Source of the DNA: Planctomycetota bacterium
GTDB lineage: Bacteria > Planctomycetota > UBA8108 > SXIK01
Direction: 5' to 3'
DNA length: 64,000 nt
Assembly (NCBI GenBank): GCA_965223265.1
Contig: OZ244999.1
Coordinates: 448,001 to 512,000, forward strand
The notes below the pieces were generated by a model. It saw only the letters and a program-made list of their open reading frames with translations, had not been told where the DNA came from and ran no database searches. The translations under genes and the position numbers were made by a program. Of the stretch, positions 19,163 to 29,586 are shown piece by piece. Numbering within the stretch: the stretch's first letter is position 1; each line of letters starts with the position of its first letter.

Positions 19163-21866
19163 GACACGCCTGCGGATTCAAGGCCGCCACTCTGCGTTTC
19201 CAGAGGGGTTGCTGTATCGCTGTCTGCGTCGGAGTCGCTTTCTCGTTGTTGTCTGCACTTGCGTCGCCAGCGCCTTCGCGACGTCACCGCGGAACGTTGA
19301 CGCGGATTCGGCGAGCCGCGATCCGTCGGACAAAGAACCCGGCTCACCGCGGCAACTCACCCCAGAGGAAATCGAGAAGCGGCGGCAAGCTCTCTCGCGT
19401 TGGGTGTTCGAGCCCGTGGCCCTCGATGGGGACAGCTTCCGGCTTCTGATCGATCGACGCGACAGCAGCTTTGTGCTGCAAGACCTGCGAACTCAGGCGA
19501 AGTGGTACTCGTCTTGGGGACGACGTGGGTTCGCAAGTGTTCAGCTGGCAGGCGGGGGGGAGCGGGCGGCGGAGTCGGAGACAGAGACGGAGTCGGAGAC
19601 AGAGACAGAGACGGAGGCGGAGGCAGAGACGGAGACAGAGACAGAGACGGAGGCGGAGACAGAGACGGAGGCGGAGACAGAGACGGAGGCGGAGACAGAG
19701 ACGGAGGCGGAGACAGAGACGGAGGCGGAGACAGAGACGGAGGCGGAGACAGAGACGGAAGCAAAGTTAGAGACGGACAGGGAGTTCGAGGCCGATACGC
19801 CCACGCCCACGCCCACGCAAACGCCCACGCAAACGCAAACGCAAACGCAAACGCAAACGCAAACGCAAACGCAAACGGCTTCCAACTCGGCCGGCGATCC
19901 TCAGGCGCGATCGTCCACCGTCTCCGCCTCCGAGTGGCTCGCTCTCGACGAGGTCCTTGAGGTGCGGCCGCGGGGTTCGGTCGTTTCGCTGTTGCTTGCT
20001 CCTCGTGGCCGCGCTGATGTTTTCAAGCTGCGCTGCGAGTTTGAGGTGCTGCCATCGCGGCGCGGGTTTGTGCTGCGCTACGCGGTCGACGCGTCGAGTT
20101 CGCCTGCAAGGCGCTTGCGGCTTCTCGATGCGTCGCTGTGGCTCTCCGATGCGGACGATGGGGCGGCGGCGTACTTGCCGCGCGGTGCTGGCGAGCGGGT
20201 GCGCCCCGGCGCGTCCACGATGTTTCGCCGTCGCTTGTCGGGGAGCCGCGTGGGGATGTCCCATGCTGCGATCGGCGCGGAGGCCGCGGCGATGCCGTTC
20301 GTCGGGGTTCGTAAGGACACGTCGTCGGTGCTGGTGCGTTGGAGCGATCCAGCGTTGGAGATGATCGTGGAGGGGCGAACGACGTCGGACGCGCGTTTTC
20401 CAGGTTCGGATGGGCTTTTCGTGTCGCTCGAGTCTTCCGCTTCTCGCGGTGAGGTGGACATCCTCTGTAGCGGCGGCGGGGAGCTCGATTGGATGGAGCT
20501 CGTGCGCCTCCACCGGGAGACGCAACCTCGGAGAAAGTCGCTACGCTTCAAGACTGGTGCGCAGCGTTCTCATCGCGCTTTGATTGGTGCTGCGATATTT
20601 CGACCGCGCGTCAGTGAATCGCACAGTTTCGATGCGATCGCGCAGCGGGCTGTGGAGCTGCATGAAAAAATCGAGATCGACCGCGCGCTGGTGGTGTTTG
20701 ACGATTGGGGTACTTGTGAGCAAGGGATTCTTCGACCTCGCGCCGATGCCGGTGGGGTTTCGGCGCTGCGCAGAAGTCTTGAGCACCTGCGCGAGATAGG
20801 CTACCTCGTTGGACTGAGCGTTGACACGCGGCGGCTTGCGCCCTGCGCGGCCGGTCGTCTAGGCGCCGAGCCGCAGGGCGCTGCGTCGCCCGAGAATCCG
20901 TGGCCATCGCGGCTCGAAGCCGTGCAAGATTTCGAAGTCTTGGCGTCGGCTGCGGAGCTTGGGCCGGATTTGCTTCTCACTTTGGAGAAGCCATCGCCTC
21001 GATATCCAGCCGCTCTACTGCCTGCGGTGCTCCGTTCTCGCCAGCTCTTTTACGACGAGCTGGGGCGCCGATTCGATCTCCTGGGGCTCGAGGTTGGAAG
21101 CAGTGCCGATCTCGATTCCGCTGTCTACTTCGGGGGGCTTTTGGACACTCGAAGCGCCGTGTCCGAGGATGGGTTGTCCCCGGCCACGTCGGTCCCGCTC
21201 TTCAGCGCAGTGCACGGTCGCCACGTGCGCATTGGGGCTCGCGACAGCCGCTGCGCCCAAGCGGATGACCCTGTCGCCGTCCTCTCTCATCTCATCGCTG
21301 GTGAAGTGCCCCTTTACTCGCTTGTATCGCTTCCTGAAGGATCGGCACGGGCGGTTGAGGATTCCTCGAACGCAACAGATCCTCGGTGGACGTTCGCTCG
21401 GGAGGACGGATGGTGCGCTGGGCGCGACCTGACGCCAGATGAAATCTTCATCAAGAACACCTACGAAGTCCTCTCGTACGTCGCGCGACATCGCGCGCGG
21501 TCGCCCATGTTTTATCATCGCCGTGTGCCGTGCGAGGGGGCCGAGGTGTATGAATCTTTCTTCGGCCATGACCTTAGAGTGCTCGTTAACTATGGTCCTG
21601 GGGTTTTCGAGGATGCAGACGACGAGGTGGTTCTACCGCCGCTGGGGTTTTTCGTTCGCCATCCCTTCTTTCTTGCTTTTCACGCCCGAGCGGTGTTCGG
21701 TGCGGCTTATCGCCAGCCAAGTTTGTTCGTCATCCGATCGCTCGAGGGTAAGATGATTTATCGAGCCGAACGCGTCTATATGTACCGCGGCTTCGGCGAT
21801 CGGCAGCTACGACTCGGCGGCAAGCGGTTCACGGTAGAGCGTGAACTGGTAACGAGGATTCGCTGA
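19152..21866 (+). CDS. Large hypothetical exported protein (distant glycoside hydrolase/DUF5696-like) carrying an in-frame simple-repeat insertion
   Basis: ~900-aa ORF with E/T/A and PT/QT low-complexity insert; PLFSAVH and FIKNTYEVLS motifs; family call is weak. Confidence 0.6.
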   Translation: MTPETRLRIQGRHSAFPEGLLYRCLRRSRFLVVVCTCVASAFATSPRNVDADSASRDPSDKEPGSPRQLTPEEIEKRRQALSRWVFEPVALDGDSFRLLIDRRDSSFVLQDLRTQAKWYSSWGRRGFASVQLAGGGERAAESETETESETETETEAEAETETETETEAETETEAETETEAETETEAETETEAETETEAETETEAKLETDREFEADTPTPTPTQTPTQTQTQTQTQTQTQTQTASNSAGDPQARSSTVSASEWLALDEVLEVRPRGSVVSLLLAPRGRADVFKLRCEFEVLPSRRGFVLRYAVDASSSPARRLRLLDASLWLSDADDGAAAYLPRGAGERVRPGASTMFRRRLSGSRVGMSHAAIGAEAAAMPFVGVRKDTSSVLVRWSDPALEMIVEGRTTSDARFPGSDGLFVSLESSASRGEVDILCSGGGELDWMELVRLHRETQPRRKSLRFKTGAQRSHRALIGAAIFRPRVSESHSFDAIAQRAVELHEKIEIDRALVVFDDWGTCEQGILRPRADAGGVSALRRSLEHLREIGYLVGLSVDTRRLAPCAAGRLGAEPQGAASPENPWPSRLEAVQDFEVLASAAELGPDLLLTLEKPSPRYPAALLPAVLRSRQLFYDELGRRFDLLGLEVGSSADLDSAVYFGGLLDTRSAVSEDGLSPATSVPLFSAVHGRHVRIGARDSRCAQADDPVAVLSHLIAGEVPLYSLVSLPEGSARAVEDSSNATDPRWTFAREDGWCAGRDLTPDEIFIKNTYEVLSYVARHRARSPMFYHRRVPCEGAEVYESFFGHDLRVLVNYGPGVFEDADDEVVLPPLGFFVRHPFFLAFHARAVFGAAYRQPSLFVIRSLEGKMIYRAERVYMYRGFGDRQLRLGGKRFTVERELVTRIR
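19569..19878 (+). repeat. Compound hexamer microsatellite: (GAGACA GAGACG GAGGCG)n followed by (CCCACG)n/(CAAACG)n
   Basis: Directly visible tandem 6/18-mer units, in frame within the ORF. Confidence 0.95.
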
Positions 21867-21932
21867 CGAGCAAAAGATCGGGAATGCAAGACATCGCCGT
21901 GACGAGAACGTAGATATCCGCGCGAGGACCTG

Positions 21933-22325
21933 TTGAAGAAGATTACGGCTCTCCTACTTTTGGGTGTTTTGGGGGTGTCCGGGGTCGTCTCCGGCTGCGG
22001 CGTGAGCGAGCGCCGAATAGCACCGGCCGATTCGTCGCCAGACGAGACGTCGGAGCCGCGCACTGCGGCCGCCCGACCGATCAGCGACACGCATCCGATG
22101 GGCATCAACGATTACCTGATTTATCCCGTGAAGTGGGGGCGTGCAGAGGACGTCGCGCAGACGATCGAGCCACTGCTGCGTTCGCGTTACGGTCCTGACG
22201 TCCGAGTGATTCCTCACGTGCCGACGAACAAGCTGCTGATCTACTTGCCGCCGGAGCACCTTCGCCAGCGATCGCAGCGGCCCAACTTGCCCGGCGGCTC
22301 GACCGTCCCCTCAGGTCGCCGCTGA
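21933..22325 (+). CDS. Small lipoprotein with secretin N-terminal (NolW-like) domain
   Basis: Lipobox VSGC; IYPVKWGRAEDVAQTI...PHVPTNKLLI resembles the Secretin_N repeat. Confidence 0.65.
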   Translation: MKKITALLLLGVLGVSGVVSGCGVSERRIAPADSSPDETSEPRTAAARPISDTHPMGINDYLIYPVKWGRAEDVAQTIEPLLRSRYGPDVRVIPHVPTNKLLIYLPPEHLRQRSQRPNLPGGSTVPSGRR

Positions 22326-22358
22326 GTATTTGACATCAACGCATACCGATCGTCGTGG

Positions 22359-23333
22359 CTAGCCTTGACTCCTGAAGCGTTTGATGAATTCCTCCACAAA
22401 GAGGTCGATGTAAGTCGGCGACATCGCGGAGGAGTGCGGCATGAGTAGCGTGTTGGGGCAGCCACGGATGGCCGCGTCTTCCGGCAGAGGTTCCGTCTCA
22501 AAGACGTCGAGGCAAGCGCCGGCTAGACGTCCTTCGCGTAGCATGGCTGCGAGAGCTGTTTCGTCAATCGCGTTGCCGCGCCCGACGTTGTAGATGCACG
22601 CGGTCGTGGGCAGCAGGCTGAGTCGTTTGGCGTCCATCATGTGGGTCGTCGACTCGCCCCCGGGTAGGCTCAGGACGAGGTGATCGGCGCTTGGTAGGAT
22701 CGCGTCGAGCTCCGCCATGGAGACGATTCTGTCGTCGTCGCCCAAAAACGACGGCGTGCGTCCCACGGTGCGACGAACTCCTGATATACGGACTCCAAAG
22801 GGCTTCGCCAAGCGGGCGATCCACTCGCCGATGTGTCCGAATCCCAGGATCACGACGTGACTGCCACGCAGCGGCCGCATCGCCCGATCCATGTCTGCGC
22901 GCGGCCATGGATCATTGGCCTGCAGCTGGCTCGCAAGAAGGATGCCGCGAGTTTGAGCTAGCATCATACCCAGCACGGTCTCCCCCATCAGCTCGCCGTG
23001 GTACGACCCGTAGTCAACTCGCAGGTTCGATGTGGGTCGAATACGGAGGTGCTCTCGGCCGGCAGCGGGCGTTGCGAGCCATGAAAGACGTGGCGCCAAC
23101 TCCAGCCACTCTTCGTTAAAGCTCCAAACAAGTGCGACATTGACCCTCTCAAGGACGCCGAGGAATTCGCCTTCTTCAACGCACCAGATGACTTCTGCGT
23201 GCGGGAGAGCATCTCGCAAGCGAATGAAGTGCTTCTCGGTGAACGCCCACGACTGGTATGCACGATGATGCAAATAGGCTGCGATCACCGTTCGGCGTGA
23301 TGCGGCGATTTCTTCAGAGGCTGGAGGCGTCAT
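22359..23333 (-). CDS. D-2-hydroxyacid dehydrogenase family
   Basis: GFGHIG Rossmann motif, NVGRG, LDVFETEPL, PH motif. Confidence 0.9.
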   Translation of the reverse strand: MTPPASEEIAASRRTVIAAYLHHRAYQSWAFTEKHFIRLRDALPHAEVIWCVEEGEFLGVLERVNVALVWSFNEEWLELAPRLSWLATPAAGREHLRIRPTSNLRVDYGSYHGELMGETVLGMMLAQTRGILLASQLQANDPWPRADMDRAMRPLRGSHVVILGFGHIGEWIARLAKPFGVRISGVRRTVGRTPSFLGDDDRIVSMAELDAILPSADHLVLSLPGGESTTHMMDAKRLSLLPTTACIYNVGRGNAIDETALAAMLREGRLAGACLDVFETEPLPEDAAIRGCPNTLLMPHSSAMSPTYIDLFVEEFIKRFRSQG

Positions 23334-25204
23334 TTAGCATCCTTCCGGGCCTCGTACCAATCTCGAATCGCCGCGATCTGAGCGCGTCGTACACTGGGTT
23401 TCTCGGTGGCGTCGAATCGCGGCGGGAAATCCAGAAAGAACGCCTTGAAGTTGCTGTACGCCGCCTGGCGAACGACAACGTTTTTGTGGTCAAGGTCATC
23501 GAGAAAGTATGGGATCGCTTCTCGGGCTTTGAGGCGCATGAGTGCCCACATGACGGTCACCCGCATGCGCACGCTTCGCTTTGCCCTGCGGTAGTATTCG
23601 AGAAGTTTCGGAACGCCGCTCGCCTCACCAGCTTCCTCGAGTCTATGAACGTGCAACCAGCGGTCGTACCACTCCTTGTACTCGCGGTTGTCTCGGAATC
23701 GCTCGCCAGTGATATGGACGAGGTGCGACTCAAACCGGCGACGTGGTCCTCGGCGTTTCGCTTTGCGATGGGCGAGGATCAGCTCGGGCAAGAGCTCACC
23801 CTTTTTGTGGTCTGGGTGGTGCTCAACCGCTTCCTCGAGAAGGTCGAACATGCCAGTGGACGGGCGCAGGCGCGTGGAAAGGACGAGCGTGGGAAAATGA
23901 ACTCTTCCGTCGAGCCGTGGGACGTAGACCCACTGCTTCCCGTCCTCGCCTTTGTCACGGGTGGATCGGCCAGAGACGACGACGCGTCGAAGCGGTTCGA
24001 GTGTCATGAGTGTGGTGGCGCGATTTAGGATCAGCAGCGCGAAAGCTGTCGGGATTTCCGGCGACTCCGGCTCGTGGGGACCCTTGCCAGACCAACTGCC
24101 GTCGTCGTTTTGGGACGAAATGAGATGCCTCTCGAGCTCAGCGTGCCAATCGTGCGTGTCAAACTTACGCACCCCACCCAGGTCTCCCACTTTCTCTAGG
24201 CTGTACATGTTGTAGAGGCGGTCCCCAGGAGGTTGCCAGTGCTCCATAAGCCATCCGTAACCGTCATCGATCGACCGGTTCAGTGCTCGCAGCTCTCGTG
24301 CTTTCTTCGGATCTCGACTTGGTTCGGGAGCGGAGCCACCGAAGAGATTTTGACGCACGAGAATCAACGAAGAGAGGCCCGCGCATGTCATCTGAAACGA
24401 TGCGTTAGAGTCTCGTCGATATTTCCAGCCGCGCGCTCGTCTACGTCGAGGCTTTGAGCGCTTCTTGCGACCCTCTGAGGATTTCACCCGAATGCCTCCC
24501 CAGTCTCGCGTGTATTCCTCGAAGAGTGGCTTCTTCTTCGTACGAGGGCCTTTCTGCTCCTGCTCCACGATAAAGTGCTCAGAGATGCTGCGCCACACGT
24601 CACGTGGGATCTCGACTCCTCTCTTGGCGCCGACGCCGAGCGCCAGTACGGCAAACTGTGTGTTGGAGTTGTCGGTCTGATCGCCACTATCGTAGTGCCA
24701 CCCACCGCTCTTGTGCTGTCGTTCTACGAGTGCCGTCACCGCCTCCTCGAGTCGATCAGTGATGTGTCTTGCAACACGCCAACGCCGTTCGCGTTTGCCC
24801 GTGGCAAGAAGGTGCCGATCTGTTTCGATCTGAGTCAGGACAGCGTCGAGCGCGAAAACATAGCACGACGTCACATATGTCGCATGCGTGCCGGAGAACT
24901 CAAGAGCGTTGAGTTCTGTCAGCGCACGACGAATCGTGGGCGACTCGACCGACACTCCGGCGACTGTGAGCGCGTACACGCTGAGGACGAACGCACCAGT
25001 TTCAGCTGTGGGAGACAGCGAAGACGACCGTTCCAGCTGCTTTCGAATCGTCGCCAGCTTTTCAGCGGTGCGCGGCAGAAGATAATCGACACCGCGTTCG
25101 ACCGCGCGCGTGGGTGGATGATCCGCAGCGGCCGTCGCTGTCAGCGAAAGCGTCACTGCGAAAGCGAAGAGGCGAATGCGAAGCGTCGGTCCGGTCAAGC
25201 ACAT
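23330..25204 (-). CDS. Exported prenyltransferase/squalene-cyclase-repeat and HEAT-repeat protein
   Basis: Signal peptide; QHKSGGWHY, DNSNTQFAVLAL, QNDDGSW repeats; C-terminal HEAT-like helices. Confidence 0.75.
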   Translation of the reverse strand: MCLTGPTLRIRLFAFAVTLSLTATAAADHPPTRAVERGVDYLLPRTAEKLATIRKQLERSSSLSPTAETGAFVLSVYALTVAGVSVESPTIRRALTELNALEFSGTHATYVTSCYVFALDAVLTQIETDRHLLATGKRERRWRVARHITDRLEEAVTALVERQHKSGGWHYDSGDQTDNSNTQFAVLALGVGAKRGVEIPRDVWRSISEHFIVEQEQKGPRTKKKPLFEEYTRDWGGIRVKSSEGRKKRSKPRRRRARGWKYRRDSNASFQMTCAGLSSLILVRQNLFGGSAPEPSRDPKKARELRALNRSIDDGYGWLMEHWQPPGDRLYNMYSLEKVGDLGGVRKFDTHDWHAELERHLISSQNDDGSWSGKGPHEPESPEIPTAFALLILNRATTLMTLEPLRRVVVSGRSTRDKGEDGKQWVYVPRLDGRVHFPTLVLSTRLRPSTGMFDLLEEAVEHHPDHKKGELLPELILAHRKAKRRGPRRRFESHLVHITGERFRDNREYKEWYDRWLHVHRLEEAGEASGVPKLLEYYRRAKRSVRMRVTVMWALMRLKAREAIPYFLDDLDHKNVVVRQAAYSNFKAFFLDFPPRFDATEKPSVRRAQIAAIRDWYEARKDAK

Positions 25205-25598
25205 CTCTCATGTTGGGGGGGATCTGAGCCATTCTACGGCGCGGCGAAGTCTCTTGTCCACTTTCGCATTGCTTCGTGAGACTCTGTCCCACTGTCTGAA
25301 AAGAATGAACGTAGGAAACGCCGTCGGCGCGGCGATTGCCCGCATGCGCAGTGCTTACGGAGCTGAAGTGCGCTCCGCGTGCCGCCCTGTCTCGGAACGT
25401 GCTCATGATGCACTCGTCACCGTTCTCCCTTGCCGATTCTCTGCAGACCCTGAGGTTCGAGATCGAACGAAAAACAGTTTGGGAGTCTCGAATCCTGCGA
25501 CTGTTTGAGTTAAGCTGCCCGACCGGTTACGACGAGCTTCGTGCAGATTGTTTGGAGGCCTGCGGGCGTGTGCGGGGCGAATTGACTCGGAGGATCGC

Positions 25599-26663
25599 AT
25601 GAGCGAGCAACAAAGGCATTCGACGGTGGCGTTTAGCTTCTTCGTTCAAAGCATGATTGGCGCGGTTCTGGCGGTCACATTCGGGCTGCTGATCAGCGCG
25701 TGTGGGCAGTCAGCGTCTGAAGATGACGGTGACCTGCGGATTGTCGTGATCCCGAAGGGGACGACGCACGTCTTCTGGAAGTCTGTTCACGCCGGCGCCA
25801 TCAAGGCGGAGCGCGAAATCAACGGAAAAGAAGAAGAGTCGAGAAAAGTCCGAGTGATTTGGAAAGGCCCCCAGAAGGAAGACGACCGCGAGCAGCAGAT
25901 CCAAGTGGTGGAGAATTTCGTCTCGTCCGGGGTTCACGGGATCGTCCTCGCGCCGCTTGACGACACAGCGCTTCTTCGGCCGGTGCAAGCTGCCGCGAGC
26001 GCCGACATCCCGGTCGTCATTATGGACAGTGGGCTCAAGGGCGATGTCGGTAAGGACTATCTCTCGTACGTTGCCACGGACAACTACCAGGGGGGAGTGC
26101 TGGGCGCTCAGAGGCTGGCCGAGCTACTTGGTGGAGAGGGCGAAATCATCTTACTTCGTTATCAGGAAGGTTCGGACAGTACGACACAGCGAGAGAATGG
26201 CTTCCTTGACACCATGAAGAAGGAGTTCCCTCGCATAGTAATTCTGAGCGACAACCTCTACGCCGGAGCCACTTCCGAGAGCGCGCAGCAGAAGTCTGAA
26301 AACTTGCTGACACGCTTCCGGGATCAAGTCGACGGCATCTTTTGTCCCAATGAATCATCGACGGCCGGCATGCTGAGCGCGCTGCAGGCGTTTGGACTCG
26401 CTGGCAAGGTGAAATTCGTCGGCTTCGATTCGAGTGAAGACTTGATCGCGGCGCTCAAAGGCGGGGAGCTGCACGGGTTGGTGCTGCAAAACCCGATCAA
26501 CATGAGCTACCTGGGGGTGAAGGTGCTCCACGCTCACTTCACAGGTGAGACGTACGAAGAGCGTATTGACACCGGTGTCACGGTTGTCACTCCGGAGAAC
26601 GTCGACCAGCCAGAGATGCGTCTCTTGCACTCTCCCGATCTGTCCGAATGGCTCGACGAGTGA
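25599..26663 (+). CDS. Sugar ABC transporter substrate-binding protein (RbsB-like)
   Basis: Lipobox ISAC, IPKGTTHVFWK, ATDNYQGG, VGFDS, LQNP. Confidence 0.92.
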   Translation: MSEQQRHSTVAFSFFVQSMIGAVLAVTFGLLISACGQSASEDDGDLRIVVIPKGTTHVFWKSVHAGAIKAEREINGKEEESRKVRVIWKGPQKEDDREQQIQVVENFVSSGVHGIVLAPLDDTALLRPVQAAASADIPVVIMDSGLKGDVGKDYLSYVATDNYQGGVLGAQRLAELLGGEGEIILLRYQEGSDSTTQRENGFLDTMKKEFPRIVILSDNLYAGATSESAQQKSENLLTRFRDQVDGIFCPNESSTAGMLSALQAFGLAGKVKFVGFDSSEDLIAALKGGELHGLVLQNPINMSYLGVKVLHAHFTGETYEERIDTGVTVVTPENVDQPEMRLLHSPDLSEWLDE

Positions 26664-26691
26664 AACATTCGAGGCGCTAGCGGGCTCCAGC

Positions 26692-28194
26692 ATGGCTTCT
26701 TCTTCCGTCGTACTGAGTATGCGTGGAATTCGTAAGAGCTTCGGGCCGACGCATGCATTAAGAGGTGTCGATCTGGAAGTTATGGAAGGGGAAGTTCACG
26801 CGTTGGTCGGTGAGAACGGGGCGGGGAAGAGCACGCTCATGAAAGTGCTCTCGGGCGCTGTCGGGGCCGACTCTGGTGACATTTGGCTTGGCGGTGCACC
26901 ATACACACCAAGTGGGCCGAGTGCGGCGCGCGAGCGCGGCGTCAGCATGATCTATCAGGAACTGAATCTCGCTCCTGATCTGAGCGTGGAAGAGAACATC
27001 TTTCTCGGCATGGAGCGGGCGACGTGTGGTTTCGTGAAGCAGCGCCGGCAGCGGCGCGCAGCCCGCGAGGCGTTGGACCTACTCGGTCACCTCGATATCG
27101 AGCCTAGCACGATCGTAGAAACGTTGAGCCTGGCGAATCAGCAGATCGTGGAGATTGCACGCGCTCTCGTGGCACGCGCGCGCCTGATCGTGCTCGACGA
27201 GCCGACGAGTTCGCTCACCTTGGTCGATACCGAGCGTCTGTTTGGCGTCATCGAAAGATTGAGCGCGCAGGGGGTGAGTTTCGTTTACATCAGTCACTTC
27301 TTGGAAGAAGTCAAGCGGGTCGCTTCTCGCTTCACGGTTCTGCGTGAAGGAGAGACCGTTGGCTCTGGTTCTGTCGCCAAGACCGAGATCGATGCCATCA
27401 TCTCGCTGATGATTGGGCGACCGCTCGAGCAGTTTTATCCTGACGTACCCCACATGCCCGGCGAGCCGATTCTCTCAGTCGAGAGACTCGTCGGTGATCG
27501 CGAGCCTCGGGGAGTCGACTTCGAACTTCGTCGTGGAGAGATTCTTGGCATTGCTGGGCTCGTCGGCGCTGGGCGAACCGAGACTCTGCGCGCGATCTAT
27601 GGCCTCGATCCGGTCCGGAGTGGTGCCGTCAAGATCGCCTCATTCAGTAGCGGCAGCGCTCGCCCGTCCGTTCGAGTCCGCCAAGGAGTCGCCTTCGTGA
27701 GCGAGAATCGAAAGGAAGAAGGACTGGCGGTCGAACTTTCGATTGCTGACAACATCACACTTTCATACTTCGAACCGGTCTCGATGTGCGGTTGGATTCC
27801 GCCGGCCCGTCAGCGTGACGCGGCGCAGCGCTGTATCAAGACCCTTGGCGTTAAGTGCGAGAGTCCACTCTCGCCTGTGAGCTCGCTTTCGGGTGGCAAT
27901 CAGCAGAAGGTAGCGTTAGCTCGCGTCCTGCACCAGGAGGCGGAGATCATCCTTCTCGACGAACCTACGCGTGGCATCGACGTGGGCAGCAAAATTGAGG
28001 TGTACCGTCTCATGGGGGAGCTCGCAGCGAGCGACAAAGCCGTGCTCTTCGTCAGCTCTTATTTCCCCGAGCTCCTTGGTGTCGCCGACCGCGTCGCTGT
28101 GATGCACCGCGGACGACTGAGCCCGATTCGCGCTGCTGGCGAGTGGAGTGAACAATCGATGATGGCCTATGCAACCAAAGGGTCTTTGAGTTGA
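26692..28194 (+). CDS. Sugar ABC transporter ATP-binding protein (RbsA-like)
   Basis: GENGAGKSTL, two DEPT motifs, LSGGNQQK. Confidence 0.94.
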   Translation: MASSSVVLSMRGIRKSFGPTHALRGVDLEVMEGEVHALVGENGAGKSTLMKVLSGAVGADSGDIWLGGAPYTPSGPSAARERGVSMIYQELNLAPDLSVEENIFLGMERATCGFVKQRRQRRAAREALDLLGHLDIEPSTIVETLSLANQQIVEIARALVARARLIVLDEPTSSLTLVDTERLFGVIERLSAQGVSFVYISHFLEEVKRVASRFTVLREGETVGSGSVAKTEIDAIISLMIGRPLEQFYPDVPHMPGEPILSVERLVGDREPRGVDFELRRGEILGIAGLVGAGRTETLRAIYGLDPVRSGAVKIASFSSGSARPSVRVRQGVAFVSENRKEEGLAVELSIADNITLSYFEPVSMCGWIPPARQRDAAQRCIKTLGVKCESPLSPVSSLSGGNQQKVALARVLHQEAEIILLDEPTRGIDVGSKIEVYRLMGELAASDKAVLFVSSYFPELLGVADRVAVMHRGRLSPIRAAGEWSEQSMMAYATKGSLS

Positions 28195-29222
28195 ATCGCT
28201 CGGATACGCCAGCATTGAGTGAGGGGAATGCGGCCGATCGTCCGCGCCCCGGCGTTGTCCGGTCTCTTTTCTCACTCGTCGCACCGTTCTTGGGGCTCAT
28301 CGTCATCTGGCTTTTCTTTTTCGTCTACGGCCTGCTTGACGGCGACCCCGAGACGAGTCTTAGCGCACTCCTGCGTGTCGGTAATCTGAAACTTGTGGCG
28401 CTGCAAACGACGATTGTGGCAGTGGCTGCGCTCGGCATGACACTCATCATCATCAGCGGTGGAATCGACCTCAGTCCTGGCTCGACGATCGCCCTGAGTA
28501 CCGTTGTGGTGGCCGTCACGCTTCGAGCAGAGATGTCGCCATTTGTTGCGCTCGTGACTGGCATCGGGGCGGCAACGATCGTCGGTCTTGTCAACGGTGT
28601 TGTGATCACGGCGTTTAGGATTGTCCCCTTCATCGTGACGCTGGGGATGATGGGAGTGGCGCGCGGTGTGGCTAAGTTTTTCGCTGCCGAGCAGCGAGTG
28701 ACGGCACCGGTAACCTGGTTGAACGACGTTTTGGCGCTGCCGAACCCTCGAGCTCCGGTGTGGGTCTTGCCGAGCGGCGTCTGGATCCTGATCGCTCTTT
28801 CGATCTTGCTCTACTTTCTATTGAGATTCACCGTGTTCGGTCGCCATGTCTTCGCGATCGGCTCGAGCGAGCCCACCGCTCGCCTTTGCGGGATCAACGT
28901 CTCGAGGAGCAAGGTGCTGATCTATACGCTCTCCGGCCTCCTGACAGGAATTGCCGGTGTCCTACAGTTTAGTCGCATCTCCGTCGGCGACCCGACCGCG
29001 GCGATTGGACTCGAGCTTTACATTATCGCCAGTGTCGTCATCGGTGGGGGAAGTCTGAACGGTGGCAAGGGAAGCATTTTGGGTACGATTCTTGGTGCGC
29101 TCGTCATGGGCGTGTTGAAGAACGGTTGCGATCTTTACCTCATTCCAAACTACGTCCAAGAGACGTTCATCGGTGTGATCATCATTGCCGCGGTTGGCGT
29201 CGATCAGGTCCGGCGGCGATGA
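28191..29222 (+). CDS. Sugar ABC transporter permease (RbsC-like)
   Basis: GGIDLS, PFIVTLG, IASVVIGG motifs. Confidence 0.92.
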   Translation: MNRSDTPALSEGNAADRPRPGVVRSLFSLVAPFLGLIVIWLFFFVYGLLDGDPETSLSALLRVGNLKLVALQTTIVAVAALGMTLIIISGGIDLSPGSTIALSTVVVAVTLRAEMSPFVALVTGIGAATIVGLVNGVVITAFRIVPFIVTLGMMGVARGVAKFFAAEQRVTAPVTWLNDVLALPNPRAPVWVLPSGVWILIALSILLYFLLRFTVFGRHVFAIGSSEPTARLCGINVSRSKVLIYTLSGLLTGIAGVLQFSRISVGDPTAAIGLELYIIASVVIGGGSLNGGKGSILGTILGALVMGVLKNGCDLYLIPNYVQETFIGVIIIAAVGVDQVRRR

Positions 29223-29457
29223 ATCGACGATCCGTGAGCGAGTCTCGGGATCGGACGATCATCCATGAGGTGTCGGGGTCGAACCGGACGTATCGCGGGC
29301 AGAGCGTAGAGCGCCGCGCCTGCCTCAACTGAGGGAGGAGATGGGGTTCGAGCGAGGAATCAAGCGTTCGGTGAACGGTTCAGGCGCACGGTTGCTTTCG
29401 GCGTACCAAGCACGTTAGAATGCCGAATTCGAAACGATACCCAAGGAGTTCTCCTCG

Positions 29458-29538
29458 ATGCGAAAGAAGCACCGCGGCCGCCGTAAGATGGGCCAGAAGA
29501 AGCGGAAAGCGCGGAAGAAGCGCCGGATGAAGAAATAA
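29458..29538 (+). CDS. 26-aa highly basic small protein MRKKHRGRRKMGQKKRKARKKRRMKK
   Basis: AAGGAG RBS at 29443-29448, ATG...TAA, clean intergenic position; below ORF-track size cutoff. Confidence 0.7.
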   Translation: MRKKHRGRRKMGQKKRKARKKRRMKK

Positions 29539-29586
29539 CGCCGTCTGCTGAACGCAGCGCTCTTCGTGGTTGTTGTTGCCGCGGTG

